Shown one piece after another: positions 47,119 through 56,635 of a stretch of 64,000 nt of DNA (position 1 is its first letter; each line of letters starts with the position of its first letter). This stretch comes from Nitrospinota bacterium (GTDB lineage Bacteria; UBA8248), in the NCBI GenBank assembly GCA_030754595.1, contig JASLZZ010000056.1, positions 1 to 64,000 on the forward strand. The letters are read 5' to 3'. Both the position numbers and the translations under genes were made by a program. The notes beneath the pieces are model-generated. The model made no database searches and had not been told where the DNA came from. It saw only the letters and a list, made by a program, of their open reading frames with translations.

Positions 47119-48465
47119 ATGCTGAAACCCGCTCAGGACACCCTGCCCGGTCCGGCCCCCTCTCGGGGCCCGGCCACACCTCGGGGGGCCATCCCGCAGG
47201 GGTTTCATATGATGCTCAAGCCCCGCGGGGCGATCTGCAATCTCGATTGCGGCTACTGCTACTTTCTCACTAAAGAAGCGCTCTACCCCGGAAGCGGCTT
47301 CCGGATGAGCAGTGAATCACTCGAAACCTTCACCCGACAATATTTTGAAGCCCAAAGCGTCCCCGAGGTGGATTTCGGCTGGCAGGGCGGGGAGCCCATG
47401 CTCATGGGCCTCGATTTTTTCCGCCTCACGGTGGAACTTCAGGAAAAATACCGCCCGGCTGGAATGACCGTCCACAACTCCCTCCAGACCAACGGAACGC
47501 TCATCGACGAGGAATGGAGTGAATTCTTCCGGGAAAACGATTTCCTCGTCGGAATCAGCCTCGACGGCCCCCGCGCGCTTCACGACGCCTACCGCGTCGA
47601 CAAATCGGGCGCGGCGAGCTTTGATCGGGTGATGGCGGGCCTCGCGCTTTTGAAAAAAACCGGCGTCCCGTTCAACGTCCTCACCACCGTCAACGCCGCC
47701 AATGTAAATTACCCCGCCGAGGTCTACCGGTTTCTGCGCGATGAGGCCGGGGCCCGCTACATTCAGTTCATCCCCATCGTCGAGCGAGAAAACGGCACCG
47801 GCTTTCAGGAGGGTCACCATGTGACTGATCGCTCGGTTGGAGGGCGCCAGTACGGCGAGTTTCTCGCCGCCGTGTTCGACGAATGGGTCCGGCGGGATGT
47901 GGGAGAAATTTTCGTCCAGATCTTCGACGTGGCGCTGAACAGTTGGTCAGGAGAGCGGCCAGGGCTTTGCATTTTCGACGAAACCTGCGGCGGAGCCCTC
48001 GCCGCCGAGCACAACGGAGATGTCTATTCGTGCGATCACTACGTCGAACCGCGCTATCTACTGGGCAATTTAAAAAAAACGCCCCTGCTCGAAATCGTGA
48101 ACTCGGACCGCCAGCGGGCGTTCGGCCTCGCCAAGCGGGAGGCCCTCCCCCGCTACTGCCGGGAGTGCGAGGTCCGCTTCGCCTGTGGCGGCGGGTGCCC
48201 GAAGGACCGATTCATCAAGACGCCCGGCGGGGAGCCCGGCCTGAATTATCTTTGCGAGGGTTTTCGGGATTTTTTTAACCACATCGACGGGCCGATGCGC
48301 TTCATGGCGGGCGAGCTCGCGGCCCGCAGGCCGCCAGCCAACATCATCCGTAAAATCCGGCTAGAGGACGAAGCGCGCCTGGAGCGGGAATTCGCCCGCG
48401 CCGGGCGAAACGACGCCTGCCCCTGCGGAAGCGGGAAGAAATTCAAGCACTGCCACGGGGGCTGA
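47119..48465 (+). CDS. Anaerobic sulfatase maturase (radical SAM/SPASM) with C-terminal SEC-C motif
   Basis: CNLDCGYC, WQGGEP, QTNG, YSCDHYV, CRECEVRFACGGGCPK and GRNDACPCGSGKKFKHCHG motifs; ATG 47119. Confidence 0.92.
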   Translation: MLKPAQDTLPGPAPSRGPATPRGAIPQGFHMMLKPRGAICNLDCGYCYFLTKEALYPGSGFRMSSESLETFTRQYFEAQSVPEVDFGWQGGEPMLMGLDFFRLTVELQEKYRPAGMTVHNSLQTNGTLIDEEWSEFFRENDFLVGISLDGPRALHDAYRVDKSGAASFDRVMAGLALLKKTGVPFNVLTTVNAANVNYPAEVYRFLRDEAGARYIQFIPIVERENGTGFQEGHHVTDRSVGGRQYGEFLAAVFDEWVRRDVGEIFVQIFDVALNSWSGERPGLCIFDETCGGALAAEHNGDVYSCDHYVEPRYLLGNLKKTPLLEIVNSDRQRAFGLAKREALPRYCRECEVRFACGGGCPKDRFIKTPGGEPGLNYLCEGFRDFFNHIDGPMRFMAGELAARRPPANIIRKIRLEDEARLEREFARAGRNDACPCGSGKKFKHCHGG

Positions 48466-49230
48466 TTAACAGCCCGCGCTTCTTCCGCCGTCCACGATGA
48501 TGTGCTGTCCGGTGAGATAATCCGAGGCCGACGAGCACAGGAACACCGCCGCCCCGGCGACATCCTCGGGCTCCCCCGCCCTTCCCGCCGGCGTGCGCGA
48601 GATGACCCCCGCCATCTTTTCCGGATCGGCGTAGAGCCCCTCGGTCAGCGGGGTGCGGGTGAGCTGAGGGCCCAGCGCGTTCACCTGGATTCCGTGGGGG
48701 CCCCATTCGACCGCCATCGCCCGCGACATCGCGACGATTCCGCCCTTGGCGGCGATGTAGGCCGATTGGTTGGGTACGGCGAGCTCGGCCAGGATCGAGG
48801 TGATAAAAAGGATTTTTCCGCCCTCCCCCCGGCCGATCATCGCCCGCGCCGCCGCCTGGGCGCAGGCGTAGGCCCCCCGCACATGAACCCCGAGGAGTTC
48901 GTCCAGCTCGCCGGGCGTCGTTTCGAGGGCGGGCTTCACCACGAGGCGGCCAGCGCAGGTCACCATCGCGTCGAGACGGCCGCAATCCTCAACTGCCTTC
49001 TCCACCAGTCCGTTCACCTCATCCGGCGAGGTGACATCGCAGGGCATGAACCGCGCATCGAGCCCTTCGTCCTTCAACAGGTCCGCCGCCGCCTCACCCC
49101 TCTCCCGCGAGCGGCTGGAGAGAATCACACGCGCCCCGGCGGCCGCCAGCGCCCGCCCGATCGTGAGCCCGATCCCGGTGGCGCCGCCCGTGACGGCGGC
49201 CACCCGGCCATCCATCGAAAACGGCGTCAT
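48466..49230 (-). CDS. SDR-family oxidoreductase (gluconate 5-dehydrogenase/KduD-like)
   Basis: TGGATGIG, YIAAK, VNALGP and SDYLTGQHIIVDGG motifs; alternative start at 49260. Confidence 0.88.
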   Translation of the reverse strand: MTPFSMDGRVAAVTGGATGIGLTIGRALAAAGARVILSSRSRERGEAAADLLKDEGLDARFMPCDVTSPDEVNGLVEKAVEDCGRLDAMVTCAGRLVVKPALETTPGELDELLGVHVRGAYACAQAAARAMIGRGEGGKILFITSILAELAVPNQSAYIAAKGGIVAMSRAMAVEWGPHGIQVNALGPQLTRTPLTEGLYADPEKMAGVISRTPAGRAGEPEDVAGAAVFLCSSASDYLTGQHIIVDGGRSAGC

Positions 49231-49337
49231 GCCGGATTCCTCTTTCACAATTTCGGCCATCGATGGGTCTCCGCTTGTTGCCGCGACTCCGGAATTCGCC
49301 AAACCGGCAGTTCCGAAATTTCCAGGTCCCGAGCTTT

Positions 49338-50648
49338 CTAAAGAATTTGCGATGCGTCCCACGTGTAGCGCTCGAGGCGGCTCCGGGTCTCGGGGCCAAA
49401 GCCCTCGAACATCTTCACCGTGGCCTTTTTGCTCCCCTCGACGGCGGGCTGGTCGAACGGGTTCACCTCCCGGAGGAGGCCGCCGTAGACCGCCGCCCAC
49501 TGCCAGAGCGCGATGGCCGAGGCCACATCCTCGGCGCAAAGGGCGTCGAGGGTGAGAACCATGTGGGGCACTCCCCGCCGCTCCGCCTCGGCGGCGACCC
49601 CGGCGTGCTCAAGATCGAGGAATTCCCCCGCGCTCACCCCGCCGCCCAGGGTGAAATCCTCCTCGCTCGTGCGCACCCGGAGGCTCAGGCCCGCGATATT
49701 CTCCCGCCCGCCGAAGTAGCGCTGGTTGGTGTGGTGCTGGCTCTCGGGCCCCTCGGCGAAGAGCAGGGTCTGCCCGCGCCCCTCCTTGCAGTAGCTCTCG
49801 TGAACGAGCTGAACGGCGAGCGCTCCCACACCGGAGAGCGCCCGGCGGTAGATCGGGAAAAATATCTCGGTGCGCCCGGCGAGTTCGGCCCGCCAAAGTC
49901 TGAGGGCGAGCGCCTTGGCCATGTTCTCTCCGGGCGGCGTCTCGGAGGCGAGCCGCCCATGAGCGGCCCCGAAGGCGGCATCGAGCGCACGAGGCACCTC
50001 CGCGCCGCCCAGGGCGAGGGCGAGAGGAAGCAGCGCGTTGTTCTGCCCCGCCGTGAACCGCCCGCCCACCTCGGCCGGATGGAGAAAGCTCTCGAGTCCT
50101 TTCCCGTCGATTAGGGCAGCGAGTTTGCTCGGTCCCGGGGATATCACCGCCAGGGCCGGATAGCCCGCGTTCACGAGAAGTTTCGTCTCCTGGACCACGT
50201 TTTCCGTCTCGCCCGATTTGCTCACCGGCACGAGGAGGGTGTTCGTCTGGGTGAACCGCCCCCGGGCGGAGACCAACTCGCCCAGCAGCCCGCCCGGGTC
50301 GGTCCCGTCGAGGAGGTGAAGCCCACGGACCGCGCCGCCCACAGCTCCAGAAAGCGCCTCATAAAGCGCCCAGACGTTCCTGATCGAGCCGCCGTTGCCG
50401 ATGACGACGATATGGTCTTTTTTTCTCGCCAGGGAGATTTTAGCCTCGATGCCGTCGAGATCGGGCCACTCCCTCGCGAAGACGGGGACCGGCTCGCCGC
50501 CCTGATAGCGGGCGATGGCTTCGGCGCAGGCGCCGGGGTCGGAGAGAAGCGCCTCGCCGCGATCTCCAGTTGTGGCGGCGTCCGCGTCGCTATCGCGATC
50601 CGCTCGGGCCGCCTCGTCCCAGATTTTTGTGTAGAGATAGAGTCCCAT
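49338..50648 (-). CDS. pgi: Divergent glucose-6-phosphate isomerase (SIS fold)
   Basis: IGNGGS, SKSGET.E, VGGRFT, QLVHESYCK, QHHTNQ and NPFDQPAVEGSK motifs. Confidence 0.8.
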   Translation of the reverse strand: MGLYLYTKIWDEAARADRDSDADAATTGDRGEALLSDPGACAEAIARYQGGEPVPVFAREWPDLDGIEAKISLARKKDHIVVIGNGGSIRNVWALYEALSGAVGGAVRGLHLLDGTDPGGLLGELVSARGRFTQTNTLLVPVSKSGETENVVQETKLLVNAGYPALAVISPGPSKLAALIDGKGLESFLHPAEVGGRFTAGQNNALLPLALALGGAEVPRALDAAFGAAHGRLASETPPGENMAKALALRLWRAELAGRTEIFFPIYRRALSGVGALAVQLVHESYCKEGRGQTLLFAEGPESQHHTNQRYFGGRENIAGLSLRVRTSEEDFTLGGGVSAGEFLDLEHAGVAAEAERRGVPHMVLTLDALCAEDVASAIALWQWAAVYGGLLREVNPFDQPAVEGSKKATVKMFEGFGPETRSRLERYTWDASQIL

Positions 50649-50654
50649 TGTAGG

Positions 50655-51011
50655 TCACTCCCCTGAGAAATCCACGATTGGCAAAACCCGCGCGACGATC
50701 TCTTTCGCCGTGGCACTCTCGCCGAGATCGAACTTGTCGCCTTTTTCTGAAACGCCGTCCATCTTCACCGGCCCCGATGTGTTTTTCGCGCGTATGTTGC
50801 CGACCGGGCGGATTCGTACCTGATAGTCGAGGTTTTCGATGATCGCCCTTTCTTCAGGGTGCTCGAAAAAGCGAGGGGCCGCCCTTTCGGCGATGATGCC
50901 GCTGACGCCGACACGATCGAAGTGTCCGTGCGCGTGGATGACGAGTTCGAAATCCTCGGGGCGGCGTCTCGCCGCGCCGTCCGCCGTTTGGATTTTGAGC
51001 GACAGGGTCAT
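50655..51011 (-). CDS. Hypothetical protein
   Basis: 118 aa ORF ending 6 bp upstream of pgi on the same strand; no recognised motif. Confidence 0.5.
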   Translation of the reverse strand: MTLSLKIQTADGAARRRPEDFELVIHAHGHFDRVGVSGIIAERAAPRFFEHPEERAIIENLDYQVRIRPVGNIRAKNTSGPVKMDGVSEKGDKFDLGESATAKEIVARVLPIVDFSGE

Positions 51012-51459
51012 GAAAGACTCGCTGTGAAGGGAGGGGCTCCCGGCGGGCGGCCCGCAACCATATAACCCTCACAATAAAGAATTTACGCCCCCGTCTCAAT
51101 CCCCTCCCGGCCGCGCCCCGAGGCCCTCGGAGCCGAGACCCGGAGCGATGAATTCCGGCGGAAACGACTGTTGAATCTTTCAACAAAAAAACCTAAACGA
51201 ACAAATCGCGGCCCGGCGCGGCGCGTATTTTCTTGGCGCCTTTCTTCAAATACAAGTCGTGTTTTCGTAAACAAAAAAACTTCGGCGATAAACCGGCAAT
51301 TCATTTTTTCATAAAAATCAAACAAAGATCATCTCTAAAAAAAATTTACTTTTCGGTTTTTACGATTCCATTCGCAACGATTTTCTCATTTCTTGCGCAA
51401 AACATTCATTTTTAAAAAAAATTAAAAACAAAAAACTTTGCTTTTAATCAAAATAACGC

Positions 51460-51487
51460 TTGACCTAACGGATAAATTTGATAAATT
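51460..51487 (+). promoter_or_regulatory. Putative sigma70 promoter with AT-rich upstream region
   Basis: TTGACC (51460-51465), 16 bp spacer, TGn-TAAATT; preceded by many A/T tracts. Confidence 0.45.
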
Positions 51488-51623
51488 TCTTCATATAAAT
51501 GTGTTTCATGTGATCGTATGTAAATGAAATACATTTTTCATCGTCGGCTTCAAGTTGTCGCTTGCTCCGCCGATGTAAAGCGCTTTCATCGCGCGCCTGA
51601 CCGCCCGGCCGGGAGAACGTTGC

Positions 51624-51902
51624 ATGGCAACGAAGAAGAAGGCAAAGAAGAAGGCAGCCAAGAGGAAAGCTCCAAAGCGTAAGGCCACGAAGAAAAAGGC
51701 CACGAAGAAAAAGGCCACGAAGAAAAAGGCCACGAAGAAAAAAGCCAAGAAGAAGGCCAGGAAAAAAACCAAGAAAAAGGCCACGAAGAAAAAGGCCAGG
51801 AAAAAAACCAAGAAAAAGGCCACGAAGAAAAAAGCCAAGAAAAGGCCAGCCAAAAAGAAGGCCAGGAAAAAAGCCAAGAAAAAGGCGAAAAGGAAGCGGT
51901 AG
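51624..51902 (+). CDS. Histone H1-like Lys/Ala-rich DNA-binding protein
   Basis: 92 aa of [10 protein letters not shown] repeats; GGGAGA RBS; followed by its own terminator. Confidence 0.8.
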   Translation: MATKKKAKKKAAKRKAPKRKATKKKATKKKATKKKATKKKAKKKARKKTKKKATKKKARKKTKKKATKKKAKKRPAKKKARKKAKKKAKRKR

Positions 51903-51938
51903 TCCCCTTTAAACGATCTTAAGAGCAAGCGACCTGGC

Positions 51939-51973
51939 AAAGGGGCCCTGCCGAAAGGCGGGGCCTCTTTTTT
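51939..51973 (+). terminator. Rho-independent terminator
   Basis: AGGGGCCCTGCC-GAAA-GGCGGGGCCTCT followed by a T run. Confidence 0.85.
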
Positions 51974-52199
51974 CAGCTATTCTCCTTGAAAAGAACCTCC
52001 TCCGCCCCGCCGCCCTCTCCGAGCCGTCCCCTTTCCCTGCCCTCGGGGCTGGGGTATAAATCCGTCCCGAGAGCGATAAGCCGCCCGGAGCCAAGCGGAA
52101 TCACACATGAACCTCCCCGCCTCCAACCAAGAGGCTTCCGGCCTAGAAGCTTCCGGCCGGGGGCGTCGGCGCGGGGCATAACTAACGGGAGGATAGGGC

Positions 52200-52619
52200 A
52201 TGGACGCGCGGACGCTGGCCTACACGGGTATTTCAATCCTGGGCTTTGGAATCTGGGGCTTCATGATGAAACTGGGCCAGGAGCGCCTGGGAGCGATTCC
52301 CCATTTAACCGCCATGGGCGTCTTCGTCGCTCTCATTGTAATGCTCGGGCTCGCCAGCCGTACGCTTCCGGTCCCGGAATTAAGCTCCAACCTCTGGCTC
52401 CCGCTGGCCGCTGCCCTAGCCACCCTGGTGGCCATGCTGTTTCTCACCCTGGCGCTGGGCGCTTCGAGTGGAAACACCGCCGCCGTCATCGCCCTCTCGG
52501 CCGTCTATCCGGGTGTCACCGCTGTTCTGGCCGCACTGTTTTTGGGCGAGGCGTTCACCCTCGCCAAGGTGGGCGGCCTTCTCTGCGCCGCTGCCGCGGC
52601 TTTCCTCTTCGCTCGTTAA
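52200..52619 (+). CDS. Single-domain EamA family protein
   Basis: 5 TM segments; ALSAVYPGVT..LA.LFLGE motif. Confidence 0.8.
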   Translation: MDARTLAYTGISILGFGIWGFMMKLGQERLGAIPHLTAMGVFVALIVMLGLASRTLPVPELSSNLWLPLAAALATLVAMLFLTLALGASSGNTAAVIALSAVYPGVTAVLAALFLGEAFTLAKVGGLLCAAAAAFLFAR

Positions 52620-52631
52620 GGACCCGTTCAT

Positions 52632-54788
52632 ATGGCGGCGCAACGCGGCTACCGCATCGGCATCGACACGGGCGGAACCTTCACTGACGTGGTCTGCGTG
52701 CGGTCCGACACCGGCGAAGTCTTCACCACCAAAACCCCGACCACGCCCTCGGACTACAGCGAGGGGCTTCTCGAGGGCATCCGCAAGATCATGTCCGAGG
52801 TGAAAATCAGGCCCCGGCAGATCATCGGCGTCTATCACGGAACCACCGTGGCCACGAACGCCATCCTCGAGCGGCGGTTCGAAAACCTGGGCCTGATTCT
52901 CACCCGCGGCTTCCGCCACATGCTCGAGATTGGCCGCGTGTCCCAGTTCGCCGGCGGCCGCAACGGAGGTCATTTCGCCTCCGCCCTTTTGAACCGCCCG
53001 CCCGAGGCGCTCGTCCCCCCCGAGCGGGTGTGCGAGGTCGAGGAGCGCCTCTCGGCCTCGGGCGATGTCCTTCGCCCGCTCGATAGAGAAGAAGCCGCCG
53101 AGAAGGCCAGATGGTTCCGGGACCGGGGCATCGGCTCGGTGGGCATCTGCCTCCTCCACGCCTACACCAATCCGGTCCACGAAAAAATCCTGCTTGATGC
53201 CTTCTTCCGGGAATTTCCCGAATGCTTCGTGAGCATATCGAGCGAGGTGATCCCCGAACCGGGTGAATATGAACGCGCCGTGACCACCCTTCTCGACGCT
53301 TCCATCAAGCCGAGGATCATGGTTTATCTCGAAAAAAGCTCGGGGCGCATCGAGGAGTCCGTCGGCGAGGTCCCTTTCCTCGTCATGAAGAGCAACGGCG
53401 GGGTCTCCACCGCCCGCGAGGTGGCGAAAAAGCCGATCAGCACTGTCCTATCGGGGCCGGCGGCGGGCGCCCTCTCGGCCGCCTATCTGGGAAGCATCTC
53501 CGGCCACGAACGTCTCATTACCCTCGACGGAGGGGGGACATCGAGCGATATCGCCGTGATCGAGAGCGGCGAGGCCAAGCGCGGCACACGGCACCAGCTC
53601 GACGAGTTCACCCTCAGGCTCCCCATGATTGATGTCGTCACCACGGGAACCGGGGGGGGGTCGATCGCCTGGCAGAGCCCGGAAGGAAGGCTCCGCGTCG
53701 GCCCCCGGAGCGCGGGCGCCGACCCCGGCCCCGTTTGCTACGGCCTTGGCGGCGAGGAGCCCACCCTGACGGACGCCAATCTCGTTCTGGCGCGCAGCCC
53801 GCTCCACCTGGCCGGCGGCGAGGTCAAGCTCAACAAGGCCTACGCCATGCGCGCCATGCGCCAGCTCTCGCGCCCTTTCGGCCTCGACCCGTTCGAGATG
53901 GCTTCGGGCGTCGTCGAAATCGCCGCCTGGAACCAGGCCCACGCCATTCGCCGCGCCACCGTTCAGCGGGGAATCTCTCCCCGAGAGTTCGCCCTGATGG
54001 CCTTCGGAGGCTCGGGACCCCTCACCGCCGGCCTCGTGGCCGATCTTTTGGGGATCGGAACCGTCATCGTCCCTCCCTTCGCGGGGATGACCAGCGCCTT
54101 CGGCCTCGAGGTGGTGGACCTGGTGAACGACCACTCCGCCCCCCACTACCAAAGCGAGGAAAACCCGGACACCGAATCGCTGAGCGAGGCTTTCGGGCGG
54201 CTGGAGAGGCTGGCCGACGAAGGCCTCTCGCTCGAAGGGGTTCCCCCCCACCGGCGAATGCTCCGGCGGGCGGTGGACATCTGCTACCAGGGCGAGGCCC
54301 ACGAACTCGAGATCGATTTCCCCTCGGGCTACCTCTCTCCCCAGTCGCTGTCTACGGTGATGGAGCGGTTCCATCTTCTCTACCGCCAGAGTTTCACCCA
54401 CAACTACAAGGGGAAGCGCCCGGCCAAGATTGTGCATCTGAGAGTCACGGGGGTCGGTCTGACCGAACCGCCCAACCTTCCCCTTCTTCCGGTGGGCGAC
54501 GAGAGCCCCGAGGATGCATATAAAGGCGCGCGCCTTGTCTGGTTTCCCGAAACCGGCGGTTTCATCGATACGCCCGTCTACTACCGGGAACGGTTGAAGG
54601 AGGGCAATTACATTCCGGGCCCGGCCGTGGTGGAGAGTTTCGGCAGCACCGCCGTGATCTTTCCCAAACAGGAGGCGCGGGTGGACCGCTACGGAAACCT
54701 CGTGATGGGCTACCGCACCGAGATGGCCGAGCGCACCGAGCGGGCCGGACGCGCTACCGGACTGCACGGCGTGGGGACCCGGTACTGA
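52632..54788 (+). CDS. Hydantoinase/oxoprolinase subunit A (HyuA-like)
   Basis: GIDTGGTFTD, GTTVATNA, EYER, SGPAAG, GGTSSD and GPRSAGADPGP motifs. Confidence 0.92.
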   Translation: MAAQRGYRIGIDTGGTFTDVVCVRSDTGEVFTTKTPTTPSDYSEGLLEGIRKIMSEVKIRPRQIIGVYHGTTVATNAILERRFENLGLILTRGFRHMLEIGRVSQFAGGRNGGHFASALLNRPPEALVPPERVCEVEERLSASGDVLRPLDREEAAEKARWFRDRGIGSVGICLLHAYTNPVHEKILLDAFFREFPECFVSISSEVIPEPGEYERAVTTLLDASIKPRIMVYLEKSSGRIEESVGEVPFLVMKSNGGVSTAREVAKKPISTVLSGPAAGALSAAYLGSISGHERLITLDGGGTSSDIAVIESGEAKRGTRHQLDEFTLRLPMIDVVTTGTGGGSIAWQSPEGRLRVGPRSAGADPGPVCYGLGGEEPTLTDANLVLARSPLHLAGGEVKLNKAYAMRAMRQLSRPFGLDPFEMASGVVEIAAWNQAHAIRRATVQRGISPREFALMAFGGSGPLTAGLVADLLGIGTVIVPPFAGMTSAFGLEVVDLVNDHSAPHYQSEENPDTESLSEAFGRLERLADEGLSLEGVPPHRRMLRRAVDICYQGEAHELEIDFPSGYLSPQSLSTVMERFHLLYRQSFTHNYKGKRPAKIVHLRVTGVGLTEPPNLPLLPVGDESPEDAYKGARLVWFPETGGFIDTPVYYRERLKEGNYIPGPAVVESFGSTAVIFPKQEARVDRYGNLVMGYRTEMAERTERAGRATGLHGVGTRY

Positions 54789-56533
54789 TGAACGTCAATC
54801 CCGTTGTCAGCGAAATTGTCTCGGGCGCCCTCCGCTCCCTCGAGGAGGAGGTGGAGGACCTTCTTGCCCGGATATGGCGAAGCCCCGCCCTGAGGGACGC
54901 CAGGGACTTTTCCGTCTCGCTCTACGACCGGTTCGGGAGGGCTTTGACGGGCAGGAGCCTCGGCGCGGGGCCCGGCCCCATCCTCGCCTCCTTCGGAGCC
55001 GAGGAGATGAACCCGGGCGACATCTTCCTACACAACGACCCCTACCTGCCCCCCGCCGGGCTGGGCGAGGTGGCCGAAATATGCTTGACGCGCCCTCTAT
55101 ATGACGAAAACCGCCTCATCGCCTTCCTCCAGGTGCGCGGGCGCCACGACGACCTGGGAGGCGTGCGGCCGGGAGGCGGAGCGGCCGGAGCCTCCGAGAG
55201 CTACCACGAGGGCCTTCTCATCCCGCCCGTCCGGATCGCCCTCGGCGGCGAGCGCGTACGGGACATCCAGGCGCTCCTCCTCCGGAACAGCCGCTTCCCC
55301 GATTTGCTCAGCGACGATATCGACGCCCAGGCCGGTGCGCTCCAGGTGGGCGCGCTCCGAATCCGGGAACTCCTCGAGCGCTACGGCTCCGAGCAACTGA
55401 CGGCCTGTTTCGCCGACTTGCTGCGCGAGTGCGAGGTGGCATTTAAAGAAGAGCTTTTGCCGAAAATATCGGAGGAAAAGCTGGTGGTCGACGCCCGTGT
55501 GGAGACGGACGGCTTCGGCGGCCCGCACCCCTTGAGGGTGACAATCTTCCGGGAGGGCGATCGTCTGGTCATCGACCTCGAAGGGGCCGCCCCCCAGGCC
55601 AAGGGCCCGATCAATTGCCCGCTCGAGGGCGAGGGCGCGACCTCGCTGGCCCGGCTCATCTCTCCCCTGCTCCTCTATCTGGCCGATGATCAAACGCGGG
55701 CGGCGGGAATCCTTGTGAACGACGGGGCGTGCCGCGCCATCGAGGTCCGTCTGCCGGGTCCGGGTACGATACTGACCCCCCGGTTTCCCGCGCCCACGGG
55801 CCTTCGCGCACTGACGATGGGCCGCCTGCTATCGGCCTTCGCCGAGGCGCTTTTTCTCTCGGCCAGGGGGAATATCCCGGCGGGATTCGACAACCTGCGC
55901 TCGTTTAGTCTCTGGGGCAGGAACGGCGATGAGTCCTCGTTTCTTTTCCGGGAGGCGATCGGCGCGGGAGGCGGGGCCGCTCCTCGTCTTGACGGAATTT
56001 CGGGAATCCCCCCCATCGGCGGAAGCGGCGGAATGTCCGTCGAGGTCGTCGAGGCGCGCTACCCGATCCGAATCGAATCGGCGGGGTTGGTGCCGGACTC
56101 GGGCGGCGCCGGGGAGCGCCGGGGAGGTCTCGGAACTTTCAGGGAATACCGCCTGCTCGCCAGCGGCCACGCCTCGAGCGCGGCCGAATCGGGGGGCCCC
56201 GGGCCCTTCGGCGGAAACGGCGGCGCGCCCGGCGGCGCCTACCGGATCAGCGTGGCCGGAAATTCGGGGAAAACCCGGAAAATTCCCGCCGTCACGGCGG
56301 CCCATCCTTTCGAACCTGGCGATTTGGTCCGGGTGGAGACGCCGGGCGGCGGCGGTTGGGGGGACCCCAAAAAAAGGGTCCCCGAGGCCGTTCGCATGGA
56401 CGCGGTGCGCGGGCTGATATCGAGAGAAGCGGCGAGAAAAATATACGCCGTCGCGCTGGGACACTCGCCCGAGTACCCCGTGAACGAGAACGAAACCGCG
56501 AATCTGCGGGACGAGCAGCCGAAAAAAGGCTGA
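54788..56533 (+). CDS. Hydantoinase B/oxoprolinase family protein (HyuB-like, divergent)
   Basis: DFS, PGD..NDPY, D.GG, EGL.IPP, DSGGAG.RRGG and TPGGGGWGDP motifs; TGATG translational coupling to subunit A. Confidence 0.88.
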   Translation: MNVNPVVSEIVSGALRSLEEEVEDLLARIWRSPALRDARDFSVSLYDRFGRALTGRSLGAGPGPILASFGAEEMNPGDIFLHNDPYLPPAGLGEVAEICLTRPLYDENRLIAFLQVRGRHDDLGGVRPGGGAAGASESYHEGLLIPPVRIALGGERVRDIQALLLRNSRFPDLLSDDIDAQAGALQVGALRIRELLERYGSEQLTACFADLLRECEVAFKEELLPKISEEKLVVDARVETDGFGGPHPLRVTIFREGDRLVIDLEGAAPQAKGPINCPLEGEGATSLARLISPLLLYLADDQTRAAGILVNDGACRAIEVRLPGPGTILTPRFPAPTGLRALTMGRLLSAFAEALFLSARGNIPAGFDNLRSFSLWGRNGDESSFLFREAIGAGGGAAPRLDGISGIPPIGGSGGMSVEVVEARYPIRIESAGLVPDSGGAGERRGGLGTFREYRLLASGHASSAAESGGPGPFGGNGGAPGGAYRISVAGNSGKTRKIPAVTAAHPFEPGDLVRVETPGGGGWGDPKKRVPEAVRMDAVRGLISREAARKIYAVALGHSPEYPVNENETANLRDEQPKKG

Positions 56534-56635
56534 CCGGAGCCCATTGCCGGCGCCGGCATTCCTCCATCTCTTGACGCCCCCGGGGAGAGATAGTATCCCC
56601 GTTCTCGAAGCGGACTAGCGCCGGGAGGCCTCGCG

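Noticed and set aside
46889..47125. 78 aa + strand ORF
   Set aside because: It is antisense to the IS1595 transposase relic.
51170..51560. Replication origin in the AT-rich tract
   Set aside because: I found no TTATCCACA-type DnaA box cluster and no dnaA-region genes; it is better explained as a promoter region.
51506..51940. Phe/Leu-rich membrane protein on the minus strand
   Set aside because: It is the antisense shadow of the Lys-rich gene; the RBS and terminator support the + strand.
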